From the IMG/VR virus record IMGVR_UViG_3300031912_000001: a stretch of DNA of 36,273 nt; one strand, 5' to 3'. The position numbers and the translations under genes were made by a program. This stretch comes from an uncultured virus (IMG/VR IMGVR_UViG_3300031912_000001). Its lineage: Duplodnaviria > Heunggongvirae > Uroviricota > Caudoviricetes. How positions within the stretch are numbered: the stretch's first letter is position 1; every line of letters begins with the position of its first letter. Under the pieces are notes generated by a model. It worked only from the letters and a program-made list of their open reading frames with translations. It searched no databases and was not told the origin of the DNA. Positions 24,438-32,599 of this stretch are shown here, in pieces.

Positions 24438-25379
24438 ATGACCGACACTCGTCTTCCTGACCGTTGGCTGACTGATCGGCGCATCCAGCGCCTCACCGAC
24501 CGTGCCTATCGCGCGTTCTTCAACGCGCTCATGTGGTCAGTCGCCAACAGGACCGACGGCATCATCGAACCAGAAGATCTGGCACTGATTCCGGGCTTCA
24601 CGCCATGCGTCGAGGACGAGTTGGTGGCGGCTGGAGTATGGATTGAACGCAACGAAGGGTGGCTGATCGCCGATTTCGGTGGCACACAGACCACTCGTGC
24701 TGAGCATCAATTGCTTGAACATATGCGGACGAAGGCTCGGGAAAAAAAGGCACGTCAACGGGCTGTTGCGGCCGGAGTGGGAACTGTCCCCGGGGACGGT
24801 CCCATCGGGACTGTCCCCGGGGACAGGAATAGGGACCAGACAGGACAGGACAGGACAGGAGAAGTACGAAGTACTTCTTCTGTCACTAACCAAGGTAACC
24901 AAGAGTCGTTACGTAACTTGGGTACGGAACTAGCGCGTCCACGCGATCACATGAATCGGCCGAGCATGTCGATCACCGCGCAAGTGAGCGGCGCGTCCGA
25001 ACGAGCGCCCGAGCCGCCGCCACGCGATCATCACGTATCGCAGCGGGCTCGAGACTTGGTCAAGGCGGGGTTAACTGATCGGCTCTGGCGCGTGCGCGAA
25101 GTTCGCGCCGGACTTGAGTTGCATGTCGATCGGGCGCTCGATAACGGCACGGATGTCGCGGATATCGCCAAGACGCTCAGTGCCTGGAAGGGCAAGAAAG
25201 CCGCTGGCGAGGAGATCTATCCCGGCCATTTCCCGCACTTGCTCTCCGGGGTCATCGCCGAGCAGGACGCGACCCCGCAGGACATCCGCAACGGTCGGCC
25301 GATGGCAACCAGCGATAGGAACTTTCTGGCTTCCCAAGCCCTGAAACGACAATCTCCCACGAGAAAGGAACTCACATGA
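24438..25379 (+). CDS. Phage replication initiator (RepA/O-like)
   Basis: N-terminal RL.D...LTD.AYR.....LMWS..N.TDG.I winged-helix-type domain, REKKARQR helix, repeat-rich linker. Confidence 0.75.
   Translation: MTDTRLPDRWLTDRRIQRLTDRAYRAFFNALMWSVANRTDGIIEPEDLALIPGFTPCVEDELVAAGVWIERNEGWLIADFGGTQTTRAEHQLLEHMRTKAREKKARQRAVAAGVGTVPGDGPIGTVPGDRNRDQTGQDRTGEVRSTSSVTNQGNQESLRNLGTELARPRDHMNRPSMSITAQVSGASERAPEPPPRDHHVSQRARDLVKAGLTDRLWRVREVRAGLELHVDRALDNGTDVADIAKTLSAWKGKKAAGEEIYPGHFPHLLSGVIAEQDATPQDIRNGRPMATSDRNFLASQALKRQSPTRKELT
24783..24860. repeat. Candidate replication origin iterons inside the initiator gene
   Basis: ACTGTCCCCGGGGAC x2 (24783, 24810; palindromic core), (ACAGG)x4 at 24840-24859, followed by an AT-richer stretch. 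Confidence 0.7.
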
Positions 25380-26302
25380 TGGATCGCGACATCGTCGTCA
25401 ATCTGCTGACGATTGCGCAGGCGAATGACCACCGGACGTTCGGCGTTGTCGACATTGAGCTCTGGTGCCGTGTGCTGGGAAATATCACCGAGACCGAAGC
25501 CGTTGACGCGATCTTGGCTCATCTCAAGGAGCGGCCTGGTGTGTGGCTTGAGCCGGGTCATGTTGTCGAGCGAGTTAAAGCGGCGCGACGTGACGCCTAT
25601 CAGCGGATGGACCCCGATGAGCGGCCCTACGCCCAGCTCGGTGGTGGGCCAGTGATTCCGCCTGGTGTGCCGCGCGACCGCTTCGGTTTGGTCGATAAGT
25701 CCGCGCCCGATGACGAGGATTACCCGGCGGATTGGACGCCCGATCAGCGCAAGGCGGCATACTGGGCGAAGATCAACAGGCTGCGCGACGAGCACGAGCG
25801 TGAGCAGGCCGCCAGCAGGTTCGGCAGCCTGTTGAAGGCGCCGCCGGCCACCGCGGTGCAGAGGCACCAGGCGATTGAGTCGTTCCTGAACAGCCAGCGC
25901 GCGTTCGACGACCCTGACGACGATGAGATCCCGTACGTCAACGTGTTGACCGTGCCGTGCGGGTTCTGCAAGTCCGCGGTCGGCGAACAGTGCACGGTGT
26001 GGGGACTACCCGGCCGGCCGCGGGAGAAGCTCAAGAAGATCCCCGGGCATCCAATGCGGATCAGAGCCGCGGCGATCGAGGCGGGCTTTGACGCCGCGCG
26101 CGCCGAGCTGATCGTTGACGCGATGATGGCGCGGCAGGCCCGGCGGGCCCGCAACGGCTGGACACCCGCCGACATCCCGAAGCCGCCGCCCGAGCGCCGT
26201 TCTGACGGCGCAGCGGAGCCGCCCAAGGGGGATGACACCACCGAACCCCCCCGCGGCGATTACGCGCCCGATGCGACGGCAGGAAAGGGCATCCAGGCAT
26301 GA
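25376..26302 (+). CDS. Helicase loader/inhibitor-like protein with C-terminal Zn finger
   Basis: Follows rep; LL......D.R......I..W...L......A..A...H......W..PGHV pattern; CGFCKSAVGEQC...H..R. Confidence 0.6.
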   Translation: MMDRDIVVNLLTIAQANDHRTFGVVDIELWCRVLGNITETEAVDAILAHLKERPGVWLEPGHVVERVKAARRDAYQRMDPDERPYAQLGGGPVIPPGVPRDRFGLVDKSAPDDEDYPADWTPDQRKAAYWAKINRLRDEHEREQAASRFGSLLKAPPATAVQRHQAIESFLNSQRAFDDPDDDEIPYVNVLTVPCGFCKSAVGEQCTVWGLPGRPREKLKKIPGHPMRIRAAAIEAGFDAARAELIVDAMMARQARRARNGWTPADIPKPPPERRSDGAAEPPKGDDTTEPPRGDYAPDATAGKGIQA

Positions 26303-26562
26303 GCGCGAAAGTCTACGTTCCTGAATGGGTCACCTGCGGCGGGTGCGACAGCCGCTGGACCGGGCTGGGGGTCTGCCACTGCAGTGCCTGCCATCGCACG
26401 TTCACCAGCATCAGCGCCTTCGATCAGCACCGCAGCGGTTCTCATGCGCTGGGCGCCCGGCACTGCCTGGACCCCGGGTCGGTGGGGCTGGTCCCGGTGA
26501 CCAAACGCCACTGGAGCGGATGGGCCAACCCCGGTGAGAACCCCAGGTTCGCCGATGACTGA
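26299..26562 (+). CDS. FDXHR-type phage Zn-binding protein
   Basis: CGGC...HCSACHRTF....AFDQHR...CLDP. Confidence 0.8.
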   Translation: MSAKVYVPEWVTCGGCDSRWTGLGVCHCSACHRTFTSISAFDQHRSGSHALGARHCLDPGSVGLVPVTKRHWSGWANPGENPRFADD

Positions 26563-26821
26563 GCGTCCCGACTCCGACGCGCCGCGCTGCGGCTGCGGCT
26601 GTGCGCAGCTGTGGTCGGACCGCTACCACATGTGGCTCTGTGTTCATTGCGACAACATCGTTCAACTTCAGCAAACCGTTCAGCAAAGTGTCGAGGAGAG
26701 GCGCCATGATGAATTGCTGCATATGTCAACACCATTCCGGGCGGATGGAAATCTGCCCGACGTGCGCCCCGATGCTGTGGCCGCACCGGGTCGTGAACCA
26801 CGGCGCGAAGAAGTTAGCTAG
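26555..26821 (+). CDS. Small Zn-ribbon protein
   Basis: CGCG...WLCVHCD. Confidence 0.5.
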   Translation: MTERPDSDAPRCGCGCAQLWSDRYHMWLCVHCDNIVQLQQTVQQSVEERRHDELLHMSTPFRADGNLPDVRPDAVAAPGREPRREEVS

Positions 26822-26986
26822 GACGATCATGCCGGTGCCCGCGCCGCTGGCCGTCGTGCCTTGAGCCGGCGTGTCCGGTTGCCACCGGGCGCCGGGTCGA
26901 GTTGTAATGGCACAGGCCCCCCGTCGGACACTCCCCCCTCGCCCGGCGGGGCCGGCCGACTCCCACGAGACCATCTGGAGATGCTG

Positions 26987-27142
26987 ATGGATGTGCGTCG
27001 CGCACCCGCCGAACACTACGACAAAGCCGTCGAGATTCTCGAGCGCGCCGTCGAGCGTGGCGAGCCCGTGCAGTCGTATCTTGAAGCGATCGCGCATGCA
27101 CTGCTCGGTCTGCTGCGCCACCAAATGAACCAAACCCGATAG
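26987..27142 (+). CDS. Small hypothetical protein
   Basis: GGAG RBS, CCCACGAGA upstream, TTGCCA-18-TGTAAT promoter at 26879-26908. Confidence 0.65.
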   Translation: MDVRRAPAEHYDKAVEILERAVERGEPVQSYLEAIAHALLGLLRHQMNQTR

Positions 27143-27162
27143 CAATTCACAGGAGGACCACA

Positions 27163-27528
27163 GTGAGCGCAGCCGTCGAAATCACCATCACCGACGTCCA
27201 CTTCCACCCCGACGAGGGCGAGCTGCACGGGCGCTCCGCGGACGGACAAACCCTGTACGTGCTCAAGCTAGCAAACGAACACGAAGTGGACGCGATGCGT
27301 GAGAACGGCTGCACCGTCGACGAGGCGTGCTGTCCGCGCTGCGATTTCGAGGACGCCATCAACGTGCTGGTGTACGCCGGGGAGTTCATCCGCGACAAGT
27401 TCGACCCGGACGCTCTCGGTCAACTCACGGCCGCGGAAGTGGAGCTTGTCGACGCCGGCCGCGCGTGGCTGGCCGAGGACGCGATCGCCCGCTGCCTGGA
27501 CGAAAGCAGCGACCGTGACGAGCGTTAA
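27163..27528 (+). CDS. Hypothetical phage protein
   Basis: AGGAGG RBS, GTG start. Confidence 0.75.
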   Translation: MSAAVEITITDVHFHPDEGELHGRSADGQTLYVLKLANEHEVDAMRENGCTVDEACCPRCDFEDAINVLVYAGEFIRDKFDPDALGQLTAAEVELVDAGRAWLAEDAIARCLDESSDRDER

Positions 27529-27709
27529 CGGCGAACCCAACGAATTCGAAAGCCTCGACGCCGAACAGCTGTCCAACAGCGCCTGGGTGTGGGTGTGGAC
27601 GTCGATGGGCGGGGCGTGTCACCAAGGCGCCAAACAGTATCGGCGCCGCGCTGACGCGATCCGCGCCGGCCGCGAATGGCTCGCGAAACTGAAACTGGGT
27701 GTCGGATGA
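27515..27709 (+). CDS. Small hypothetical protein
   Basis: Coupled GTG start. Confidence 0.55.
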   Translation: MTSVNGEPNEFESLDAEQLSNSAWVWVWTSMGGACHQGAKQYRRRADAIRAGREWLAKLKLGVG

Positions 27710-28128
27710 GCGACGACATCTGGGATTCGATCGACCCCCACGGCTACGGGCCGATGTACTTCGACAAGGCCGGTAATCCGATTTCGATGCGCCGCTGGGG
27801 CGAGCTGCGTGAGCGCAAGGACGGCACCACGATCAGTGACTACGCCCGGATCGGGCTCACCGACTTCGAGGGCGGCGTGTGGGTGTCCACCGTGTGGCTG
27901 GGCATGGACCACGGCTTCCACATCGGGCCCGGCCCGCGTAAACCGGTGATCTTCGAAACGATGGTGTTCTCCAATAACGACGCCTACCCCTACAACGAGG
28001 CGCAGATGCGCTATCACACCGAAGCCGAAGCGATAGAAGGCCATCGCCGCACCTGCGACGACATCGAACACGGCCGCCGGCCGTGGTTCCTTGAAGACAA
28101 TGATGCTTTGTCCGATATGTCTGGCTGA
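27706..28128 (+). CDS. Conserved phage hypothetical protein
   Basis: VSTVWLG.DH...P.IFETMVF...RY.T..EA..GH motif. Confidence 0.8.
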   Translation: MSDDIWDSIDPHGYGPMYFDKAGNPISMRRWGELRERKDGTTISDYARIGLTDFEGGVWVSTVWLGMDHGFHIGPGPRKPVIFETMVFSNNDAYPYNEAQMRYHTEAEAIEGHRRTCDDIEHGRRPWFLEDNDALSDMSG

Positions 28129-28537
28129 CGTGACCGCCGACTCCAGCGTGGTCGACCGCCACCTCAACAGCCTCACCGACGTCTGCCCGATGTCGGGACG
28201 AGAACCATTCACCTGGGACGAGCGCTCAACACGCGCCGCGGTCCCCAACCGTTCCGGCGGGCGCTGCGAAATGTGCGGGCAACGCGCGACCAACATGCAT
28301 CACCGCAAGAACCGCAGCCAGGGTGGCCGCTGGTCACCAGCCAACATCTTGCATCTATGCGGATCGGGAGTCGTTGGCTGCCACGGCTATTTCACCAGCC
28401 ACCCGAGCGTGGCCTATCTCATGGGTGTGAGCGTGCGCCGCGGTGATGAACCCGCCGACATCGCGGTGCAAACCCCGGCCGGTCTGCTGTGGCTGTCCGA
28501 CGATATCGCGCCGCCGCTGCCGGGATGGGCGCGCTGA
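28100..28537 (+). CDS. HNH endonuclease
   Basis: RSGGRCEMC...HHRKNRSQGG.W...N...LCG....GCHG. Confidence 0.88.
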   Translation: MMLCPICLADVTADSSVVDRHLNSLTDVCPMSGREPFTWDERSTRAAVPNRSGGRCEMCGQRATNMHHRKNRSQGGRWSPANILHLCGSGVVGCHGYFTSHPSVAYLMGVSVRRGDEPADIAVQTPAGLLWLSDDIAPPLPGWAR

Positions 28538-28758
28538 TGGGCGCTATCCGGCGGGTGACGATGGCGGGCGGCCCGAAAGACGGCCGCACATATCCGTTCC
28601 CCGAGCCGCTGCCTCGAGTGTTCTGCTTTCAGCAGTTCACGATCGAAACCGGTTGGCTGGTCCACGAATACGGACGGGCGGATCGCCTCGTGTACAGCTT
28701 CCTGCGATCGCGCCGCGCCGCGGCCGCCGCGGAAGAGTTCATGGCCGCTACACCTTGA
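28537..28758 (+). CDS. Small hypothetical protein
   Basis: GGPKDG motif; TGATG coupling. Confidence 0.6.
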   Translation: MGAIRRVTMAGGPKDGRTYPFPEPLPRVFCFQQFTIETGWLVHEYGRADRLVYSFLRSRRAAAAAEEFMAATP

Positions 28759-28799
28759 CTGGTTGCTAATCAAGCCTGACACGCCGAATAATTACATTC

Positions 28800-28979
28800 A
28801 TGGCACCTGGTGATGTGTACGCCGATATTGTCGGCAGTCTCGAGCGCCGCTGGCCGCCCAGCTACAACACGGTCATCACCAAGCCGTGCCCGAACTGCGG
28901 CGCCGCCCCCGGCGATGTGTGCACGTATGCGCCGGCCGCGCGGACACGCCGGGCGCCATGTGTCGCACGCACCAAGTAA
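28800..28979 (+). CDS. 59-aa Zn-finger protein (CPNCGAAPGDVC...PCVAR), probably leaderless (not in ORF track)
   Basis: AT-rich promoter-like stretch ending 7 nt before ATG; same finger type as in 25376-26302. Confidence 0.65.
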   Translation: MAPGDVYADIVGSLERRWPPSYNTVITKPCPNCGAAPGDVCTYAPAARTRRAPCVARTK

Positions 28980-28985
28980 ACTATC

Positions 28986-29005
28986 CAGCGCCGCTGTGAT
29001 ACACT
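28986..29005 (+). promoter_or_regulatory. Phage promoter motif (CAGCGCCGCTG + TGa-TACACT)
   Basis: Conserved motif 8 nt before ATG 29014. Confidence 0.75.
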
Positions 29006-29013
29006 TGTGTGTT

Positions 29014-29247
29014 ATGGCAGGAAAAGGCTGGCAACCCCCAGAGCTGATCCAAGAATGGATGACCAAGCTCAAGCAAGCACGCATCGACCTGGAGAAAGCC
29101 CGCCTGGACCACGTCGAGGCCGAGGAAACCTTCAAACGAGCCGTGCGGGCCGCGTTCGAAGCCGGCTTGTCGGTGACACCGATCAAAGCCGCAACAGGTT
29201 TGACAACAAGTCGCGTGTATCAAATAAAAGCAGGTAGACGCTCGTAA
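29014..29247 (+). CDS. Small HTH DNA-binding protein
   Basis: AVRAAFEAGLSVTPIKAATGLTTSRVYQIK. Confidence 0.8.
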   Translation: MAGKGWQPPELIQEWMTKLKQARIDLEKARLDHVEAEETFKRAVRAAFEAGLSVTPIKAATGLTTSRVYQIKAGRRS

Positions 29248-29270
29248 CGAGCATATCTAAGGAACTTGCT

Positions 29271-30305
29271 GTGACACAGATCGTGTTGCATCCCCATTTT
29301 CTGCCCCGCTGCGGCCCCTACGTGTGGCTCCCGGCGCCGTGGGCGTGGTGGGAGACCCGCACGACGACCGATTTGGTGGTGCGCCATTACCCGGACGCGA
29401 TCGACATCCGCGAGTACACGGTGACGTTCGGCGAGGACGGGGAGCGGGTGATGCTGACCGACCCGCCAGCGATGATCCTGCTGCACCTGCGGACCTACCA
29501 AGACCTCTGGGAGGATGTTCCGCGCACGTTGCTGATGAGCGATTCTTTGTCGGCGCGGGTGGTGTGGTGGCAGTCGCCGGGCGAGCGTTGGCGTCAGGTG
29601 CCCTACGTGCCGATGTGCCGGCCCGGCGAGTACCGCCACGACTCGTTCACGGGTACCAGCATGGAGGTTCAGCGCCGCGCCGCAGCCGAGTGGGGCGACG
29701 GGGAGATCCGGTTCGGGGCCGACATTCCTGTGCTGCAGTGGCCGATGCAGCCAATGATCGTCGACGGCCAGTCAATCGGACCGCCCAGCGTGCAGATCGG
29801 CACCGCCGCGCACGAGGCCGCCGAGGTGTACGAAGGTCCGCTCGATGATGTGAGCCTCGTGCAGCAGCACATGATCAGGCGCCGTGAGATCGCCCACATC
29901 TACGACATACCCGAGGAATTCCTGCCCGCCAACCCGGCGCTGGGCAGGATACGGGACCGCTACGAGCGCATCCAGACCACTTGGCGGGCTATGCAGGATC
30001 AAGTGGGCGCCGCCGAGGTGCGGGTGCCGCAGGAAACCTACCGGCGCGGCTGGCGTGAACCCATCGGTGATCGGATCACCTTCGATGAGCTGCGTGCGCG
30101 CCGCGCTCGGTACGGCCCGGCGGTGCTGCCCGAGCGGGACGTGGTCGACGAGATCGACCGGCTCGTCAACGAGGAGCTGCGGCCCGGCCCGGTCGATGAC
30201 TATGAGACAAATCGGTATCCGAAATGCAAGCACTGCGGCTGTGATTGGCACGGACTGCTGTGCGCGCACTGCGCCTGCCTAGGCGAACTGGAGGACCCGG
30301 TATGA
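29271..30305 (+). CDS. Hypothetical mosaic protein with C-terminal Cys cluster
   Basis: AAGGA RBS; DEIDRLV...CKHCGCDWHGL.C..C.C. Confidence 0.7.
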   Translation: MTQIVLHPHFLPRCGPYVWLPAPWAWWETRTTTDLVVRHYPDAIDIREYTVTFGEDGERVMLTDPPAMILLHLRTYQDLWEDVPRTLLMSDSLSARVVWWQSPGERWRQVPYVPMCRPGEYRHDSFTGTSMEVQRRAAAEWGDGEIRFGADIPVLQWPMQPMIVDGQSIGPPSVQIGTAAHEAAEVYEGPLDDVSLVQQHMIRRREIAHIYDIPEEFLPANPALGRIRDRYERIQTTWRAMQDQVGAAEVRVPQETYRRGWREPIGDRITFDELRARRARYGPAVLPERDVVDEIDRLVNEELRPGPVDDYETNRYPKCKHCGCDWHGLLCAHCACLGELEDPV

Positions 30306-30454
30306 GTTTCATCGATGACATGGCGCAGTGGGCCAACTGCACCGAATGCGGACGGCCGCGTGAAAGACGCGCGCTCAACGCGGACGGGGTGTGCCCGTGG
30401 TGTCTGCTGACGGTGATCAAGGTGCCGCCCAATCCGCTACTGGAGGAGCAGTGA
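30302..30454 (+). CDS. Small Zn-finger protein
   Basis: GGAGG RBS; CTEC...CPWC. Confidence 0.65.
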   Translation: MSFIDDMAQWANCTECGRPRERRALNADGVCPWCLLTVIKVPPNPLLEEQ

Positions 30455-31134
30455 TGGGATTCGTCGAAGAGCAAGCCAACGCCTGGTCCGAAATCCACCA
30501 GCTGTTCAAGGACTCACGGCTGTTCGACCGGCCACTCGAGACACCCGACGGACCGGGCGCCACCGTGGAATCCACTGAGGCGCTGCGCGAGTGGCTGCCC
30601 AAACTATTTAGGAAATACAAAGTCACCACAATGCTCGACGCGGCGTGCGGGGACTGGAACTGGATGCGCCTGGTGGATCTCGGGGACATCGCGTACACGG
30701 GGTGGGATGTGGACGCCGAACGCATCCTGCGCGCCCAGTCTCATGTCGCCAGGGGTGAGGCCATCTGGAATCCGCACACCTGGTTCGAGGTGCGCAATCT
30801 GCTGACCGTCAAGACCGTTCCGCGGTTCGATCTGATTATGTGTCGGCATTTTCTTCAGCATCTGCCGGTCAACGATCTAGTCGAGTTCGTTCTCATGAAA
30901 TTCAGGCTCTCCGAGAGCCGCTATCTGCTGGTGACCACGTTTCCCGACGCGGACAACACCTTTGAGTGGGACCCGCGCGGTTCCGACCACGCGTGGACGG
31001 GCTATTTCGAGCGTCCCTACGACCTTTCGGCGCCACCGTTCGACATGGGTACGCCGTTGGAGTCGTTCAGCGAGCGGCTCGGGCCGGGCGGGATTCTGAC
31101 AGTGCCCCACGAGCTTGCGCTGTACCGGTTATGA
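30454..31134 (+). CDS. Class I SAM-dependent methyltransferase
   Basis: MLDAACGD motif I, YTGWDV motif II, DLIMCRHFLQHL. Confidence 0.88.
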   Translation: MGFVEEQANAWSEIHQLFKDSRLFDRPLETPDGPGATVESTEALREWLPKLFRKYKVTTMLDAACGDWNWMRLVDLGDIAYTGWDVDAERILRAQSHVARGEAIWNPHTWFEVRNLLTVKTVPRFDLIMCRHFLQHLPVNDLVEFVLMKFRLSESRYLLVTTFPDADNTFEWDPRGSDHAWTGYFERPYDLSAPPFDMGTPLESFSERLGPGGILTVPHELALYRL

Positions 31135-31298
31135 CACCGGAAATGGATGAGACATGGAAGCGGTCTAAGTGCAGACTCTGCGGCCAACGTATCGGTGCAC
31201 CCACTGCGGAGGCGAACGTTCGCATGATGGAGGAGCATCTGCGTATCTACCATCCCGATGAGTTTCGCGAGTACCTTACCGAGCTGCGCAACCTATGA
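31131..31298 (+). CDS. Small C2H2-like Zn-finger protein
   Basis: CRLC...HLRIYH. Confidence 0.6.
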   Translation: MTPEMDETWKRSKCRLCGQRIGAPTAEANVRMMEEHLRIYHPDEFREYLTELRNL

Positions 31299-31669
31299 CG
31301 CTGGGGATGATTCACCCGCCGGGATCGTCCGGTCCGTTTCAGGACGCTCCGCGGCTGTACTTCAGTGAGCAGTTTTTGTCGCAGCCACCGAAGTGGTGTC
31401 AGGTGGCGCTGCCGATCGAAGACGAGGCGCACGCCTATCTGTCCGAGATGGCCGAATGGGACGACGAGTGGCACCACAAAGAGTTGCATGACGCCTACGA
31501 GGCGATCCGGTTCGACCGGCGCGACAGCTGGGTGGGCTGGTTTCTGTGGCCGCGCGGCACGCTGATCACCCACGAGTTCCCATATCACCGCAAAGTGATT
31601 TGGCGGTTGACCGGGCTGTACTTCCCGCTGACCACCAGCACGGTCTACGAAGGTAAGTGGCCGGATTAG
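31295..31669 (+). CDS. Hypothetical phage protein (last gene of the + arm)
   Basis: ATGA overlap; stop overlaps the convergent - strand stop. Confidence 0.65.
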   Translation: MTLGMIHPPGSSGPFQDAPRLYFSEQFLSQPPKWCQVALPIEDEAHAYLSEMAEWDDEWHHKELHDAYEAIRFDRRDSWVGWFLWPRGTLITHEFPYHRKVIWRLTGLYFPLTTSTVYEGKWPD

Positions 31670-31749
31670 CGGTGCAGGTAGTACCAGCGCACGGCCGACA
31701 CGGCGATGACGATCGTGGCGATCAGCAGCAGAAATTCGGCGCCCATCAT
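31666..31749 (-). CDS. 27-aa single-TM peptide MMGAEFLLLIATIVIAVSAVRWYYLHR
   Basis: ATGA coupling with the upstream gene; hydrophobic helix. Confidence 0.6.
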   Translation of the reverse strand: MMGAEFLLLIATIVIAVSAVRWYYLHR

Positions 31750-32138
31750 GGGTAGCCGGTGGCGGTCGCCGACAGCGCGCCGTCGCCGGCGAAAGGCACA
31801 TCGCTCGGTGTCGACAGCTCCGCGATCAGTGCCCCGAACCCGAACATGTTCGCCGCGCGCTGCGATATCGGCATCGGGTTCACCGCGGCCGCCAGAATCC
31901 CCTCGCTGCTCAATGCCGGCGACAGCGCCGTCGGCCCGACCGCGACCGCGCTCAACGCCCCCTGACCCGACAGCACCGGATACAGCACCGTCGGCCACAC
32001 CAGCGCCGACAAGATGCCCTCACCGCCGACCTGCGCCGGCAGCTGCGCGTAACGCAGCGGCGGCCCCGTCGGCTTGGTCGGCGTGTAATCAATGACACCG
32101 GGGACCCAGATGCTGAACGTCACAGGCGGGCGCGTCAT
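31746..32138 (-). CDS. Protein with repeated G.G.LSA motifs (virion-associated?)
   Basis: GGEGILSA, SGQGALSA, SSEGILAA, GFGALIA, AGDGALSA at ~20-aa spacing. Confidence 0.65.
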   Translation of the reverse strand: MTRPPVTFSIWVPGVIDYTPTKPTGPPLRYAQLPAQVGGEGILSALVWPTVLYPVLSGQGALSAVAVGPTALSPALSSEGILAAAVNPMPISQRAANMFGFGALIAELSTPSDVPFAGDGALSATATGYP

Positions 32139-32599
32139 TCGCCACCGTCCTGCTCACTCTCGGGGGCCGGGTCTACCCGATGCGCCCGGTAGGGAAGCTC
32201 GGGTTCGGCGGCCGGCTTCTCGAGCTCGTCGGGGTCGGGCAGCGGCGGCGGCTTCTTGCGCGCGCGTTTCTTCGGCTGCTTCTTCGCCTCCTCCTCGGCG
32301 CGGATTTTTTCGCGCCACGCCGCGACGCGGCGCACCATCGGCAGCCGGTCCTTGAGGATCAGCGCCCCGGCGGCCACCCACGCCAGCACCGCGTTGATCC
32401 ATTTCTCGGCGATCAGGTCGATACCGGGCATCGTGACGATCGTGTTGAGCAGCACCAGTGCGCCGGTGGTGATCGCCAGGATGAAGTTCCAATGCTCGGC
32501 CAGCCAATACGGCCGCGGCCCTTTCAGCGCGAACCAGCGCGGCAGCACATGGTTGCCGTTCAGCCCGTTGCCGTTGGGCTTAGCCGGCGGGGACACCAT
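32135..32599 (-). CDS. Putative holin (2 TM helices, charged C-tail)
   Basis: Directly downstream of lysB; two hydrophobic helices then a K/R/E-rich tail. Confidence 0.65.
   Translation of the reverse strand: MVSPPAKPNGNGLNGNHVLPRWFALKGPRPYWLAEHWNFILAITTGALVLLNTIVTMPGIDLIAEKWINAVLAWVAAGALILKDRLPMVRRVAAWREKIRAEEEAKKQPKKRARKKPPPLPDPDELEKPAAEPELPYRAHRVDPAPESEQDGGE

Noticed and set aside
447..29005. Dispersed repeats as a CRISPR array
   Set aside because: Copies are kilobases apart at gene starts rather than regularly spaced with unique spacers; the Cas4-like nuclease is a typical stand-alone phage exonuclease
28810..29013. N-terminal extension of the HTH ORF given in the track
   Set aside because: Overlaps a better 59-aa Zn-finger ORF in another frame and the promoter motif; ATG 29014 is more plausible
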